From Podarcis filfolensis (Eukaryota), in assembly GCA_964270895.1 (NCBI GenBank), contig OZ185437.1: a stretch of DNA of 64,000 bases; one strand, 5' to 3'. Made by a program: the position numbers and the translations under genes. Positions within the stretch are counted from its first letter, which is position 1, and each line of letters opens with the position of its first letter. Positions 48,828-61,013 of the stretch are shown in pieces. The notes below the pieces were generated by a model. That model had not been told where the DNA came from. It ran no database searches and saw nothing but the letters and a program-made list of their open reading frames with translations.

Positions 48828-49194
48828 CAGAGGTCGGCAACCTAAGGTCCATGGGCTGAAAGCAGCCCATGAGGGTTGCTTAACCGGCCCATGAGCCGCC
48901 CCCGAACCAAAATGAGCTGCCCGCTTGGCGAGTCCCCGCGCGCCGTGATAAACCAGCACTGCGTAGCACGGAAACTCTTCCGTGGCTCCGGAAATTGCAT
49001 CTACGCATGTCTGCCGTGCCGGAAATCGCTTCTGCACATGCCCAGACGCTGAAAATCGCTTCTGTGCAGGCGTGATTTTCGGTGTCTGGGCATGTGCAGA
49101 AGCAATTTCTGGCATTGTGCTGCGCCGGTCCGGCCCACGGAGGATCTCCATGGGAGTGATCTGGCCCATGCCTGGTAAGCCTTGCCGACCCCTG
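48828..49194. mobile_element. hAT-type MITE
   Basis: TIRs CAGAGGTCGGCAA / TTGCCGACCCCTG; 8-bp TSD CCTCACAG / CCTTACAG; internal gaaatcgcttctg repeats. Confidence 0.88.
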
Positions 49195-49760
49195 CCTTAC
49201 AGCATGAATACAAACATTTTTTCTAAGGGTGTGGGCCAAGTGCTCAAGAAACAGTGAGACCCACGACAGGAAGCCAAGAAAGGCCAGCACCCCTCTGGTT
49301 ATCTACACAAGAAAGAGCACTCGGATGAGGAACTGCAAAGGGGGTTTCAAGTTCTGTTCATAGCTTGGTGAGCAACGTTTATGACAGAGTGCAAAGTGGG
49401 TGGAAGAAAAAAGGCTAGACTCTGGAACACCCATTCTGCAGCACAACTTGCTAACCACAAACCACAGCAAGAAGAAAGTCTGGACCCTCCCAGTTCTCTT
49501 TTCTTCAGTTACTTAAAAAAAAAAAATCAAGAAAACTAATCACGTCCTCCAAACTTTTCTTTGTTTTTCAGGGCCTTCATGTCTCTAAGAAAGAGATGTA
49601 ACTGAATGCTTGTAATGCCATTGGGACCCAGACAGGACTTAGGGAGTGGGAAGAACTGGGACAGCACAGTTCTAGAACACATAAGGTCCCAGGTTCAAAT
49701 GCTAGATACAACCTCCTGACAGAAAATGCTGGAAGGAGCTACGCAGGCAAACCCACAATA

Positions 49761-49977
49761 CAGTGGTACCTCTGGTTACGAACTTAATTTATTCCGGAGG
49801 TCTGTTCTTAACCTGAAACAGTTCTTAACCTAAGGCACCACTTTCGCTAATGGGGCCCGCCACGCCGCCACCATGAGATTTCTGTTCTCATCCTGAGGTA
49901 AAGTTCTTAACCCGGGGTATTATTTCTGGGTTAGCGGAGTCTGTAACCCGAAGTGTTTGTAACCCGAGGTACCACTG
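49761..49977. mobile_element. Tigger-like MITE copy
   Basis: ta|CAGTGGTACCTC ... GAGGTACCACTG|ta, 217 bp. Confidence 0.92.
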
Positions 49978-52373
49978 TAATGCAGTACTATAGCCTGTCA
50001 GAAAGAGCACTGCATGGACCAGCAGTCCCACAGAGGTACCTGTCTGCTTCTTATATCCCTGCAGCTGCCTGAGATTTTCTAGCTCCTTTATCCCATCCAC
50101 CCATGTCCCATGGTCAATTGGTTCATGGTTTCCCACTGTCTGTTGGTTTCATTTTGAAGTTGTTCCTGTTGATATTAGCAAAAGAAAACATCCGCCAACC
50201 CAGCAATGACTTGGAGGCAGCAAGGCACTTTCAAGAACAGTGGGGAAGACACTTTCCCCCAAACCTGTTCTTCAGCAGCCCTGGAGAAAGTTGGTCACGC
50301 AGGGATTGGAAAGGTAGAGAGCAGTGCCTTCTGCCAAATGGCTCTGCTTAGAAGCAGTGGCCTTTTTCCAAGCAGAGAGAGCCTCGGCTCTGCTTTATCA
50401 GGATCCCTCGTAAGCCGCTATTAAGAAGTATTTCTCAACAATCTCATTTTTATTAGCTGTTTGTGCCCATTATAATTTTCTAGTTGCGAGTTTGTTATGG
50501 CTGTAATATAAATAAGGTTTTTAAAATGTCTTATTTGAAGAGTTGCAGGGCTGGCTGTGCCATTTAAACACAGATAAAAACAGGCAAAAAGGGTTTTCTC
50601 TGTAATAGGTCTATTTTATATTAAATAGAACTGTCATATAAACCTGCACTAACATTTAAGATGCAGTTTCTAGGCTATAAAATAAACACCATTTCTAATA
50701 TTACGGTTGGTTTTTACTTATAGAACTTGGTTAGCTAAACTGTCCATAAGGCACTTAATGTTGGAGTGTCATCTGCTCCATATAGAAGTGGGCAGCAAGT
50801 GTCTAGGGCTAGATGGGACCAAGTGGTGCTTTGCATCTTTCTGGCTATTTCCCTGCTTCTTTCCTCTGTCCAATGAGGTCAGCATTTCACCTGTGATCCC
50901 CACTGTTATTAACATTGTGCTTGGATAAAAACATAAGGAACAGCCCTGATGGATCATACCAAATGCATACAAAAATGTGTTTACTCAAAGAAATGTGCAG
51001 TAAAATGCTGGTGAATTCTCATGAAGATTTTTTTTTAAAAAGAAATACTATTTTTTGTAGAAACGTGGAGAACTGAAATTGACATTCATCCCTAGGGGGT
51101 GTACCATACATCTGCCCTGAGACTGTGCAGGTGCACTAGCAGGAGTTGCTGCCTGGCTCCGCTCAACCTCTCTCCTCCCAGCAAAGGAGCCAACTCCTAG
51201 GGGCCAAGGGGCCTTCGCCCCCCCCCCAGTGGCAGAGGAAGAGGGTGCAGGGGATACAGTCCACCCCGGGTGTCATCACAGAGGGGGGGTGAAAAAATGA
51301 GTTTTTAAAAAAATTAGGCTCGCGAAACTTTTTAGGAGTGATGTGGTGGCTTAGGTGCCTGCAGGTTCTGTGCTGCCTGAAACGGCAGCATGGGACTTGT
51401 GTCTGCCTACTGCCTCTCTCTCAGCCACCCTAAAGCTGAGGGGGAGGCGGCAGAGTGGCACAGAGGATCACCCGACCCCGATGGGCCGATTGCCCCACCC
51501 CCAGAGGCAGGAAACCCCCCGCACCAGGCACCCGAGTAGCTATTTGAGGGCCCCCCAAAGTTGCCATTCAAATGGCATGTGTGCACTATGTCTTGTGATT
51601 GATTATGTGGGGCGGGGCTTACCTGCCACCCCCACCCTCTATATTTTATTCAAGTTAGCACCCCTGGCTCCCTGCAATCAAAGAGGCTATTTTCCCTCTC
51701 AGTAAGCAGGAGCCTTGCTGCGGCTCTGCCTCCTAATGTTTCTCCTAAGAGATGTTCAGTCCTGCAATCCTCCACCAGTAACTCAAAAGACTATGACATG
51801 AAAGCAGGGGTGCTATATGTACTTCTTGTTTATTTGTTTGTTTTGTAACAAAAGAAAATCTTTAATAAAAACTGATTTCAAAGAAAGCAGCTCAGGTACT
51901 ATTTTCCCATTGGATCAGCTGCTTTTCTAGAAAAGTGCCGAAAATAATTTTACGCTGTCCTTGTGCTCAGATAGAAAGCTGGGGAAGCAAGGAGGTGGTA
52001 GAAAGGCTCTTGGTAGGATATGCAGAAAGGTGCCCATGTTAATCCATTGCAGCAGAAGCAACACTCTTTATTGCCTTAGAGGGATAGTTACTCAGGCAGC
52101 TGACCAGTTCAAGAAGTTGGTTCTATTCACTCCATGCTAAACTGCTACTCTTAAATAATTGCCTACATTCGTCCAAAGTGAAGACAAAAGAATGCACGTT
52201 TGCTTTGAAGCAAATTTCCAACCAACCTTTACAGAGAACGGTTCAAGTGTCTCCTTATAATAAAAGGAAGAATGATTTTGACGCCGAAAAGATTGTAAGG
52301 TCAAAACTGGTTTTGTCAGTTTTAATAACTTCTTTGAAAGCGAAGTCTTTCATTTTGGCTGATTTAGACTCAC

Positions 52374-52467
52374 ACTCTTGACTTAGCTGCGTAGCTGGTT
52401 TTAAATACTTTTGGTAGCAGTCGTCCGCAATATAAATAGCTTCATCTTTCTTGCTCCTTATCAAAGT
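52374..52467 (-). pseudogene. Candidate exon of an unrecognised minus-strand gene or pseudogene
   Basis: Acceptor cctttttattatcttccccatgtcag and donor GAGT|gtgagt. Open frame TLIRSKKDEAIYIADDCYQKYLKPATQLSQE. CpG-retaining context. No database check was possible. Confidence 0.3.
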
Positions 52468-53174
52468 CTGACATGGGGAAGATAATAAAAAGGATTTTAG
52501 GACTATTGATGGAAAACAGTTGCCTCATTTAATCATCTTAAGTCAATAGTCCTTATGAGTTAATATTTCAAAACCAGATGTACTTGGAGGTAGGGGTGAG
52601 GAGATGGATAAGAGAGGAGGAGGGGGTCAGTTTCCCTCTGTCCAAACACAATTCATTGCTCTGCAAAGGTAACACGTTCAAATGCTATTTTTGCAGTCAC
52701 ATATTTCTTTTCGCTTTCTAGGAGCATGAAGTTTTGTGAAGAAATACGCCATGCCCTTTTAAGAGGGCCTTCAGGGTTAAATGCATTCTGCAGGCAGAAC
52801 GCTGTCAGCACCCTAGCAAGTTAGCAGGAAGATAGGATGGCATTGCAAGGCATATGTCTGTGCAGCTAGAAGCTGTCTTTGAAAAGATAATAGTGTTTTA
52901 ATTTCTTAAGAAGAGGGTTTCCTCTCCCCTCCCCCCAACAAAATTGAATTTTTGCTTTGTTAGCCTGAGGATATTATGGGCTCCTATGCTTATTTCTGAC
53001 TGCTCATTTATAAATCTTTTTATTTATTTAACCACTAACGTAAAGTTCAATAGCATACAAAAAAAAAATATGAATAGGAAACAATACCATTGCATGAAAA
53101 CTGAAATTAAAAACATGCACACTAAAACAAATTTTGGTTGTTGCATTCACAAACCCTAGGAAAGACTATTATTA

Positions 53175-53893
53175 TTGATATTACTATGTTGATAAATGTC
53201 AAGTTGTCCCTAAGATCCTTATGACATTTTCACTTGAAATAATTCCAAATAGTAGCATATTTCACAGGAGGCATTTGAACATGGTTCTCAACATTTATAT
53301 ACAAAATACTTTTTGCCACATAATTGAAAATGTATGTTGTAAGACCTGTCAGGAGTAAGCATGGACCAATGGTATCAAATAGTATGGGAAACAGCCTTAT
53401 TAGAAAAACTAACCAATAAACTGAAAGTGACATGGGGACAAATGGAAGAAGACATCTTCACCCTGGTATGGCTCCCCTTTATCACATACACAGCCCAACA
53501 AGATAATGACAAAAATCCACCAACAGCATACAAATCAATATGGCTAACCTGATTCAAAAACACCCACCCACCCCACTCACACATGAAAACAAAGTTCAGC
53601 ACAGCCAATCACAAACAACCACACCCTAGGCCAACCCCAACCTCTCCCACCACCAAAGGAACACAAGCGAAGCTGACACAAAACATACATTAAGTAAAAC
53701 ATAATCATTGCCACCCGACTCCACCCCCATCCACCATGCCCCCCTCCACCTCTTCCCCCCTTTTCTTCCTAATGTAACACTGTCTCAACAAATGAAACTG
53801 ATCTGTAGAAAATGTAACTTGAAAAAAGAGACATTACACATAGTTTTGTAAACCAAGAAATCTTTAATAAAAAATACGGTTTCTTAAAAAAAA
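53175..53893 (+). mobile_element. Degenerate L1/Tx1-like 3' fragment
   Basis: ORF 53361-53552 (WYQIVWETALLEKLTNKLK...FTLVWLPFITY) resembles an ORF2 C-terminus; ends aagaaatctttaataaaaaa plus an A tract. Confidence 0.7.
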
Positions 53894-56800
53894 TATTCTC
53901 TATGATTTGTATTGTATTCGTGACGTTCCATTTCATTATTGCTATTTATTTTTTGCAAGCTGCTTTGCAATTCACGTGAATGAAAAGCAGCATAGAAATA
54001 TAATAACTCAAATTAATAAATGGATTATATTTTTTTAAAAAATGTATCTTGTTATATTTGTCCTCTAGCTTAACAATACCACAAAAACTTATTTAACTTC
54101 TCAAGAAAGTTCAATTTCCTTAGAACCATCCTGGCATCTAACAAAAAATATAAAGTAAATTCTTTACTCAAACAGCCTCCATTTGGCCCAGCTCATATCC
54201 TAAGTAATCCTAACAAAGGGATTGGTATCAGTCCTTGTTTCGTTATTAAATTATGTCTAGGAACACCATCTCCCCAAAAGCTGCCAAGTGTATGACACTC
54301 CTGCCTTATCAGAAGCTCTCAAAAAATATAGCTGTTACAAATACTTTACTACAAACTTAATTGCTACAAATAGAAAGTTCCTAGTTTTATTTATTTTTAC
54401 TTGGTGTGCCTATCTATTAAAGGCTTTTTTTGTTTAGAAAAAAGGGAAGTGATTGTGGTGGTGGGACGCAATTGAGGATTGCAGTGAGAAGAAAGGGGAC
54501 AGAGATGGTTTTATTTTCTCTGTCATAGTACTAGATATGCAGGATCATGCTACCACAGTCTACATAGCACTTGTCGTAATTCAGGAGCTACCTGGCGAGA
54601 ATCTTTCCATATATTTTGGGAAATGGTTTTCCTAGACATGATTTAATAATGAAACAAGGACTGATACCAATCCCACTGATTGGCATACTAAACCCAAAAT
54701 GCCAAGTTTGTTCTTTTCCTCCTCTCTCTCATCCTTTTTTCGTTTTGCTGCATGTCTTTTTTATTGTAATCCTAGGGGCGGGGAAGGTCTTGGTTTTTAT
54801 TGATCTGTTCCTGCTCTGAGACCCAATTTGGGTGAGGGAAGGATGAAAATGCTTTTTAAAAAAAAAAAAAAAGTTGAGCCAAACTCACTCTCTGCACTGC
54901 CCAGACATTACATATGACTTGAGCTACAACCTGCGTATGACTATAAATCCTTAGGGGAAGAAAGGGCTTTGCAATAAAAAGGCTGCTTTGACATTCCTGG
55001 TAGCAAGAACGAGCAAGGGAGAAGGCACGCCACAGCCTTTTCCTTTCTACCAAGGAGGACACATCACTTGGATTCATATGGTGTAGGATTTTCCCCTTTC
55101 CGTGACATTTTTATGAAGGTTACGTATATGACCGTTCATCTTCATTCGGCTGGTGCTAATTGCTGTCTATTGGACTCCTGCTACTGTGTACAGAGAACAT
55201 ATGCTCTCTCCTGACCCTGCCATGCCTGCGGGTGCTCTGGATCGTTCTGCTGTCTACGGACAGGAGCCTGCTGCTGCTGCTGCTGCTCTTCAATAAGGCC
55301 CGGTCGCAACAGCTGGGAAGATTCTGCTTCCAAGACCTTATCTTCCTGATAGCAATTACACACTGGAAGGCAAAACGAACAAAGAGAGTGGACCCTCAGC
55401 AAGAAACCCATGGCAAGAGAAGAGAGGGGGAGAGGGAGAGGAGCTTTCTTGTAATGCTTGGATGTTTCTTTCATCTTGGAATTGACAGAGATGTGTTTAA
55501 CATAGGTACTTCCTGTTAAGGAGCTGTGGTGAGTGGACAAAACCAGAAACCAGCCAAAAATAAAATATATAGACAAGTCTGCAACCTCTTAAAGTATGTC
55601 CACTGGGCTCCTGAGTTCAAACTTCCATGCAAGAGTCTAGCAAATGCAGGCAATTTTGTAGCTGGCATCACCTCACAATGCGAAGAGCTTGGCAAACCGC
55701 CCTTTGCAACTAGGGAGAAATGTGGAATGAGTATTATGGGGCACCGGTAGTAGTTTTTGGAGTGCCTTCTTTTGCTTTCTTGGCTCATCGTTTTATTATT
55801 ATTGGATGTCTCTGAACCTCTGAGAAGACATCAAGTAAACCAGGGATCCAGGAGGGGGCCTTACACAATTCTGTGGGTAGTACAACAAATTAAACTGTGC
55901 AAAATAAACTCATATTTTGCACAGTTTTTTCAGCTAGAAAATTTGATGGCCTTTGATGCAACATTTGATTTGGGTGACCTTTTTATTATTAGTATTATGT
56001 ATACTTTCCCCAAAACTTTCCCAGCCTTATGATAATGTACATATTCAAGAATGCCATCCTTACATGACTGAGGGAAGTAGGGCAGTGGAGTATCATTGCC
56101 AGCTTTAAAATGCGCATTACACTTTTATGTTAAGGGTTTTCCTGTCGTACATGAGCCCTGCCTCCAGTGTCTTTTCAACAGCATTATTACAGACAGTCAT
56201 TTATCAGGTGTACTACACTGCATGGCAGAGTGATGTTTAGAAATTCCATTTGCCATGTGTTATTCATGATCCTTGCACATTTCCTTCATTTGTCATGGGA
56301 TTTAGATCTCAGCTGTGTTTAGCTTTAAGGGCTTGAGAACAAGTCAGCCCATAGGCAGACACCTAATGATATAATTTTGAGCGGTGCAAAAGGTTTGACT
56401 GCCCTCTACCAACCTTTATGCAGGCAGCTCCTTTGAATACAGTAATGGATGACAGTATCAGAACCATAAATCTCAGCCAGACTTCAAGGTTTCTTGAAAA
56501 ACGCTGCTCTTAAGCTTCATGCACATAGATACTTGGCACAATGTCAGAAACATTTGGGGCTATTCATTTATTCAACACTAGCCAAAAATAATCCGGGTCT
56601 CTCATGTGTCTGTTGATTTGTTTTGAAATCCATTCAGAGCAGCAAGGAACTTCAAGAATTAGCAACTGGCAATTGAGAAATGAAACTCCTGAAAAACAAT
56701 CTTTTTCTTTTCATCTTGCACTATGTAGCATAGGAAGCTGTGCTATGTTCCTCCTGTAAAGTATTGCCTTGGCATTCATAAACAATATTTGAGCAGCATG

Positions 56801-57387
56801 GAAGTAATGGCACAGACTCATTTTTTAAAAAAAAACAAAAATCCATAGAGTTGAAGGTACATACACCCACAGTTCCCCCATTACTCTTGGACAAATATAT
56901 ATTGCAATTTTTTCAGTTGGCGTTCCTTAAACCAATACGTTTGGCCAGAGACAATGGGACAGAAGCAATCAGTGTGTCAACGCCACAGCTAATGATGCTT
57001 CTTTTGTCTTGATCCAGCTTGGGACAGTATGTGTGCTGAATTAGGCTTCCATTTCCCAACCTTATCCATCAGCCATGGATATCACTGTATATCATATAAT
57101 TGGTGGCATGCTCTTTCATCTCAGGGAGGGGGGAGCTGTTGGTGGGGAGCACTGATTCAGGGCCACTGAGAACAATCTCCCAATTGCACCAAATTATTTG
57201 GCATCACTGTTGTTGCAGGAATAGAAGGTTATATTTCTTTGTGGGGTGTTTTGTTTGTTACACCATATTTTTAATGAAGGGGTTTATTGTGCAGCAGTAC
57301 TTTGCTGATTGATAGAAGTCATCTTGATTTAACAACAGAATGGTAAGATTCTAAATAGTAAGAAAACCTGAATGCTTTATTTAGCTA

Positions 57388-57798
57388 ATAGAATCACAGA
57401 CTCTTAGAGTTGGAAGGGACCTCAAGGGTCAACTACTCCAACCCTCTGCAATGCAGGAATCTAAACCAGAGCATCCAAGATAGATGACCATCCAACTTCT
57501 GCTTAAAAGCCTCCAAGGAAGAAGAGTCCACCAGCTCCCAAGCGAGACTGTTCCACTGTCAAACAGCTTTTACTGCCAGAAAGTTTTTTCGTGTGTTTAG
57601 TCGGAATCTCCTTTCTTGTAACTTGAAGCCATTGGTTTGAGTCCTACCTTCCAGAGTAGGAGAAAACAAGCTTGCTCCATCTTCCATGTGACAGACCTTT
57701 ATATATTTGAAGATGGCTATCTTATCCCCTCTCAGTCTCCTCTTTTCCAGGCTAAACATACCTAGCTCCTTCAAACATTCCTCATAAGGCTTGGTTTG
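57388..57798 (-). mobile_element. CR1 LINE 3' fragment
   Basis: ORF 57559-57774 reads [25 protein letters not shown]; CR1 tail; same family as the 36273 element. Confidence 0.9.
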
Positions 57799-58184
57799 AT
57801 TCCAATGGAACTTCCAGGTAAATGTGTATAGGACTGCAGCCTTGCTACACTTTATATATCACCTTTCCTCCAAGAAGGTCAAGGTAGAGTATGTAGCTCT
57901 CCTTTTCTATGTTTTATTGCTGTGTTTTATTGCCACAACAATGTCGATTAGGTAGAGAGAGTCACTGACCAAAGATTACCCATTTTGCCTTATGGGGATT
58001 TGATGGATATGTGTAAAATACAATTGAGACAGAAGCTTTCTTTTTAAAAAATGAATACAAAATATAACTGTCATGGCACTTTCAGACTTACTATTTTCAA
58101 CTCCCATTTGCTCCACACCCAGTGGGCTCCCACCACTGGTTTGGGAAGTGGTGTACACATGATGTTAACCCCAATCTATATCTT

Positions 58185-58425
58185 CCATGTACCTCCGGTT
58201 AAGAACTTAATTTGTTCTGGAGGTCAGTTCTTAACCTGAAACGTTTCTTAACCTAAGGTACCACTTTAGCTAATGGGGCCTACAGCTGCCGGCGCACCAC
58301 CACCGTGTGATTTCTGTTCTGATCCTGAAGCAAAGTTCTTAACATGAGGTACTATTTCTGGGTTAGCAGAGTCTGTAACCTGAAGCGTCTGTAACCTAAA
58401 GCATCTGTAACCTGAGGTACCACCG
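58185..58425. mobile_element. Tigger-like MITE copy
   Basis: Body matches the family; right end GAGGTACCACCG|ta. Confidence 0.85.
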
Positions 58426-59989
58426 TATATCTATCCTGTTATTTCGGATGAAATATAGCATCTTGCTATGTTTTTGCCCAAAGTGACTTCGATCCAAGTT
58501 GAGAAAAATAATGACTTAGCAGGATTTTAAGCTGGCAATGTGGACACAGCCTGAGTCTAACCTCCCTGTAAACAAATCAAGATGGATGCTCAGAAAACTG
58601 GTCAGCTGGAAGTGCCGTGTATGCATCCTTGTATCGAAAAGCTCATGTGGGGACCTGCAAAGCAAAATGCAGACTCTGAGTTCACGTATCTGATCATCCC
58701 ATGGGGTAAAGGAATGTTTTGCAGGAAGAGGCTACAAGAGAAGAAAGCAACTGCAAGCCTAGGAGGAGGTTTCCATTATATCTAGGAAATGCCAGGAAAT
58801 TTGATAAAACAACACTAAACAAAAAGAAAGGAGAAATATTTTGTCTTTTATGAAGTCCCTCAGAGGAAATAAATCTTTAGGAAAGATGCATAAGGGGAGT
58901 GTGTCAAAGCTCTAACTTAGAAGTTGGCCATTTGTTGTTGAAGGGTTGGAGGTTAGAGGTGCAACCCGCCCAGCCACAACATTTTTCTTTCGGTCAGTAA
59001 TCTTGGAGCAGTCAGGTATTTTTTTAAATTTCAGATAGACCTTCTTGTGTGTTCTAGCGTAAACATAGTTGTGCATGTGTGTTAAGGAAGATGTGTCATT
59101 CAAGTATGATATGGGCCTGCTTAGATTATTGTGTCTTTGTTTTGTATTTGCCTTTTAATCGGTTTGTTTTTATTTTAAATGAAGAATTTTTGTGAAACCT
59201 ATAACGTGAAGTTTCCTAACTGTCCAGCAAACCTCCCACAAAAAAGAACCACTTCTGAGAACCAGATGTTTTATCTAGGGCTGCCATACATCCAGATTTT
59301 CCTGGACATTGCCGGGATCTCAAAGGTGGAATTGACACCTGGGGGGAATTTATGAAAGGTGGTGCTTTGTACTGGATCTTAGGCAAGTCAATAAAAAAAA
59401 TCGCTCGACAACTTCTGGTGGTTTTCTTGTTGTTTCTCAAAAACTTTCAGGGTGTCTAATCTCTGAAAGTTGTCCTTCTCTTCCATCTCATCTCCCCTGG
59501 ACTCTTGCTTCTGTCTCTGCACTGTTGAAACAGACTGTAAGTTTAATAGGGCAAAGACATATTTGCCTATGTTATTCTGAACAGTTTCTTGAACCCTAAG
59601 AGTACAGTAATAGGGATGATTAAGAAGAACATTTTCAGATTCCAGGCTTGGCCTACCATTGGCAGAATGAAGCAGTTGCCTCAACCAGCTGATTTTGAGG
59701 GCTACCTCCAGGTAGCCTTTTTATTGCATATTCTTTATGACTTTTGCTCATGGTGGTATTGGAGCATGATGGTATTGTGCTCATGATGGCACTGGAACCA
59801 TCCTGTTTTCATCACTGTGCCTGCAAAAGTTTTGGAGAGCTCATCCTGCTTAATGTCCAGTTAGTCCCATAGCTTCCTGCTATTAACTGCTATTAAGAGA
59901 GCCATCAAACTGAAGCTCAACTGCAGATCAATCCAGATTAGAATGAGAACAGATGGATGGGTGGTGGCCTACTCATGATGGGGTTAAAC

Positions 59990-60310
59990 TACCTCTGAAG
60001 AAGCAGGTATGTAGCTTGGGGGTACTTCTGGACCCATTGCTGTCATGTGAGACTCAGATGGCCTCAGTGGCACAGAGTCCCTTCCATCAGTTTTGGTGGT
60101 GGCCCAGCTGCACCCCTATATGAACAGGGATAACCTAATTCCTGTTGTCTATGCTCTGGTAACCTCTAGGTTAGATTACTGCATATATAAGGGGCTGCCT
60201 CTGAAGACAGTTCAGAAACTTCAGCTGGTACAGAATTCAGCGGCCAGGTTGCTCACCGGGGCAAGATGGTTTGAGTATATAACGCCAATCCTGGCCCAGC
60301 TACACTAGTC
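59990..60310 (+). mobile_element. L2 ORF2 fragment
   Basis: ORF 60093-60308: ALVTSRLDYC...LPLKTVQKLQLVQNSAARLLTG...ITPILAQLH. Confidence 0.9.
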
Positions 60311-60834
60311 CGGCCTCATCGCAAGTCCACTGAAAACTGCAGAGAGAGAGAATGGCTTGGCGGTTGCTTTGTGCTGCTGACTATGAACTGGCCGTGTTCC
60401 ACCCTTAAGTGAAGAATGACCTTTTTTTATTCTTGGCGCAGGAGTATGTGAGTGCAGGAAGAAGAGAAGCTGGAAAGGAGGAGCAGCAACTGAGTTCTTT
60501 GGAACGTAGAAACGAAGGATCATGAACTGTGAATCATGCACTAACAATACAGCCAAATTTTTGGGTCGCCTGAGCTCTTAATAATTAATTAATGGCTGAG
60601 TTTTATTGCCTGTGCTGCAGATGGGCCCTTAAAGGCAGTACTATTATACTTCCAGGAAGAATTTCTCCTGCGCGTAAAGCATGAATATAAAACCACTGTG
60701 CAAATTATAATTTAGGCTTCCTTCTGCAGGCACTAGCAGACTTTTGAGCTGCAGGTTCTACTTTGTTTTCCACTAGGACCCAGAGGTCCACCCACCGGAG
60801 CCAGGTACAAAATAGGGTCTTGGGAAAGCAGACA

Positions 60835-61013
60835 TAGAAGAAAGGAAGCTGCCTTGTACTGAACTGGCCTATCTAGTTCAGTTTTGTCTACACTGAGTGG
60901 CAGTGTCTTGCCAGGGTTTCAGGCATGGGTCTATCCTAGCCTGGAGAAGGCAGGGATTGAACCTGGGGCATGCTGCATGCAAGGCCAATGTTCTGCCTCT
61001 GAGCTGCAGCCCA
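60835..61013 (-). mobile_element. Squam2-type tRNA-Ala SINE
   Basis: Minus head GGGCTGCAGCTCAGAGGCAGAAC...TTGCATGCAGCATGCCCCAGGTTCAATCCCTG; tail ...GTACAAGGCAGCTTCC. Confidence 0.8.

Noticed and set aside
48822-49290. Cluster of overlapping 70-136 aa ORFs
   Set aside because: They arise from the GC-rich interior of a hAT MITE with internal repeats.
52167-52467. NUMT or endogenous viral element as the explanation for CpG retention
   Set aside because: No recognisable mitochondrial or viral motif and no insertion hallmarks (TSD, poly(A)); not fully excludable without a search.
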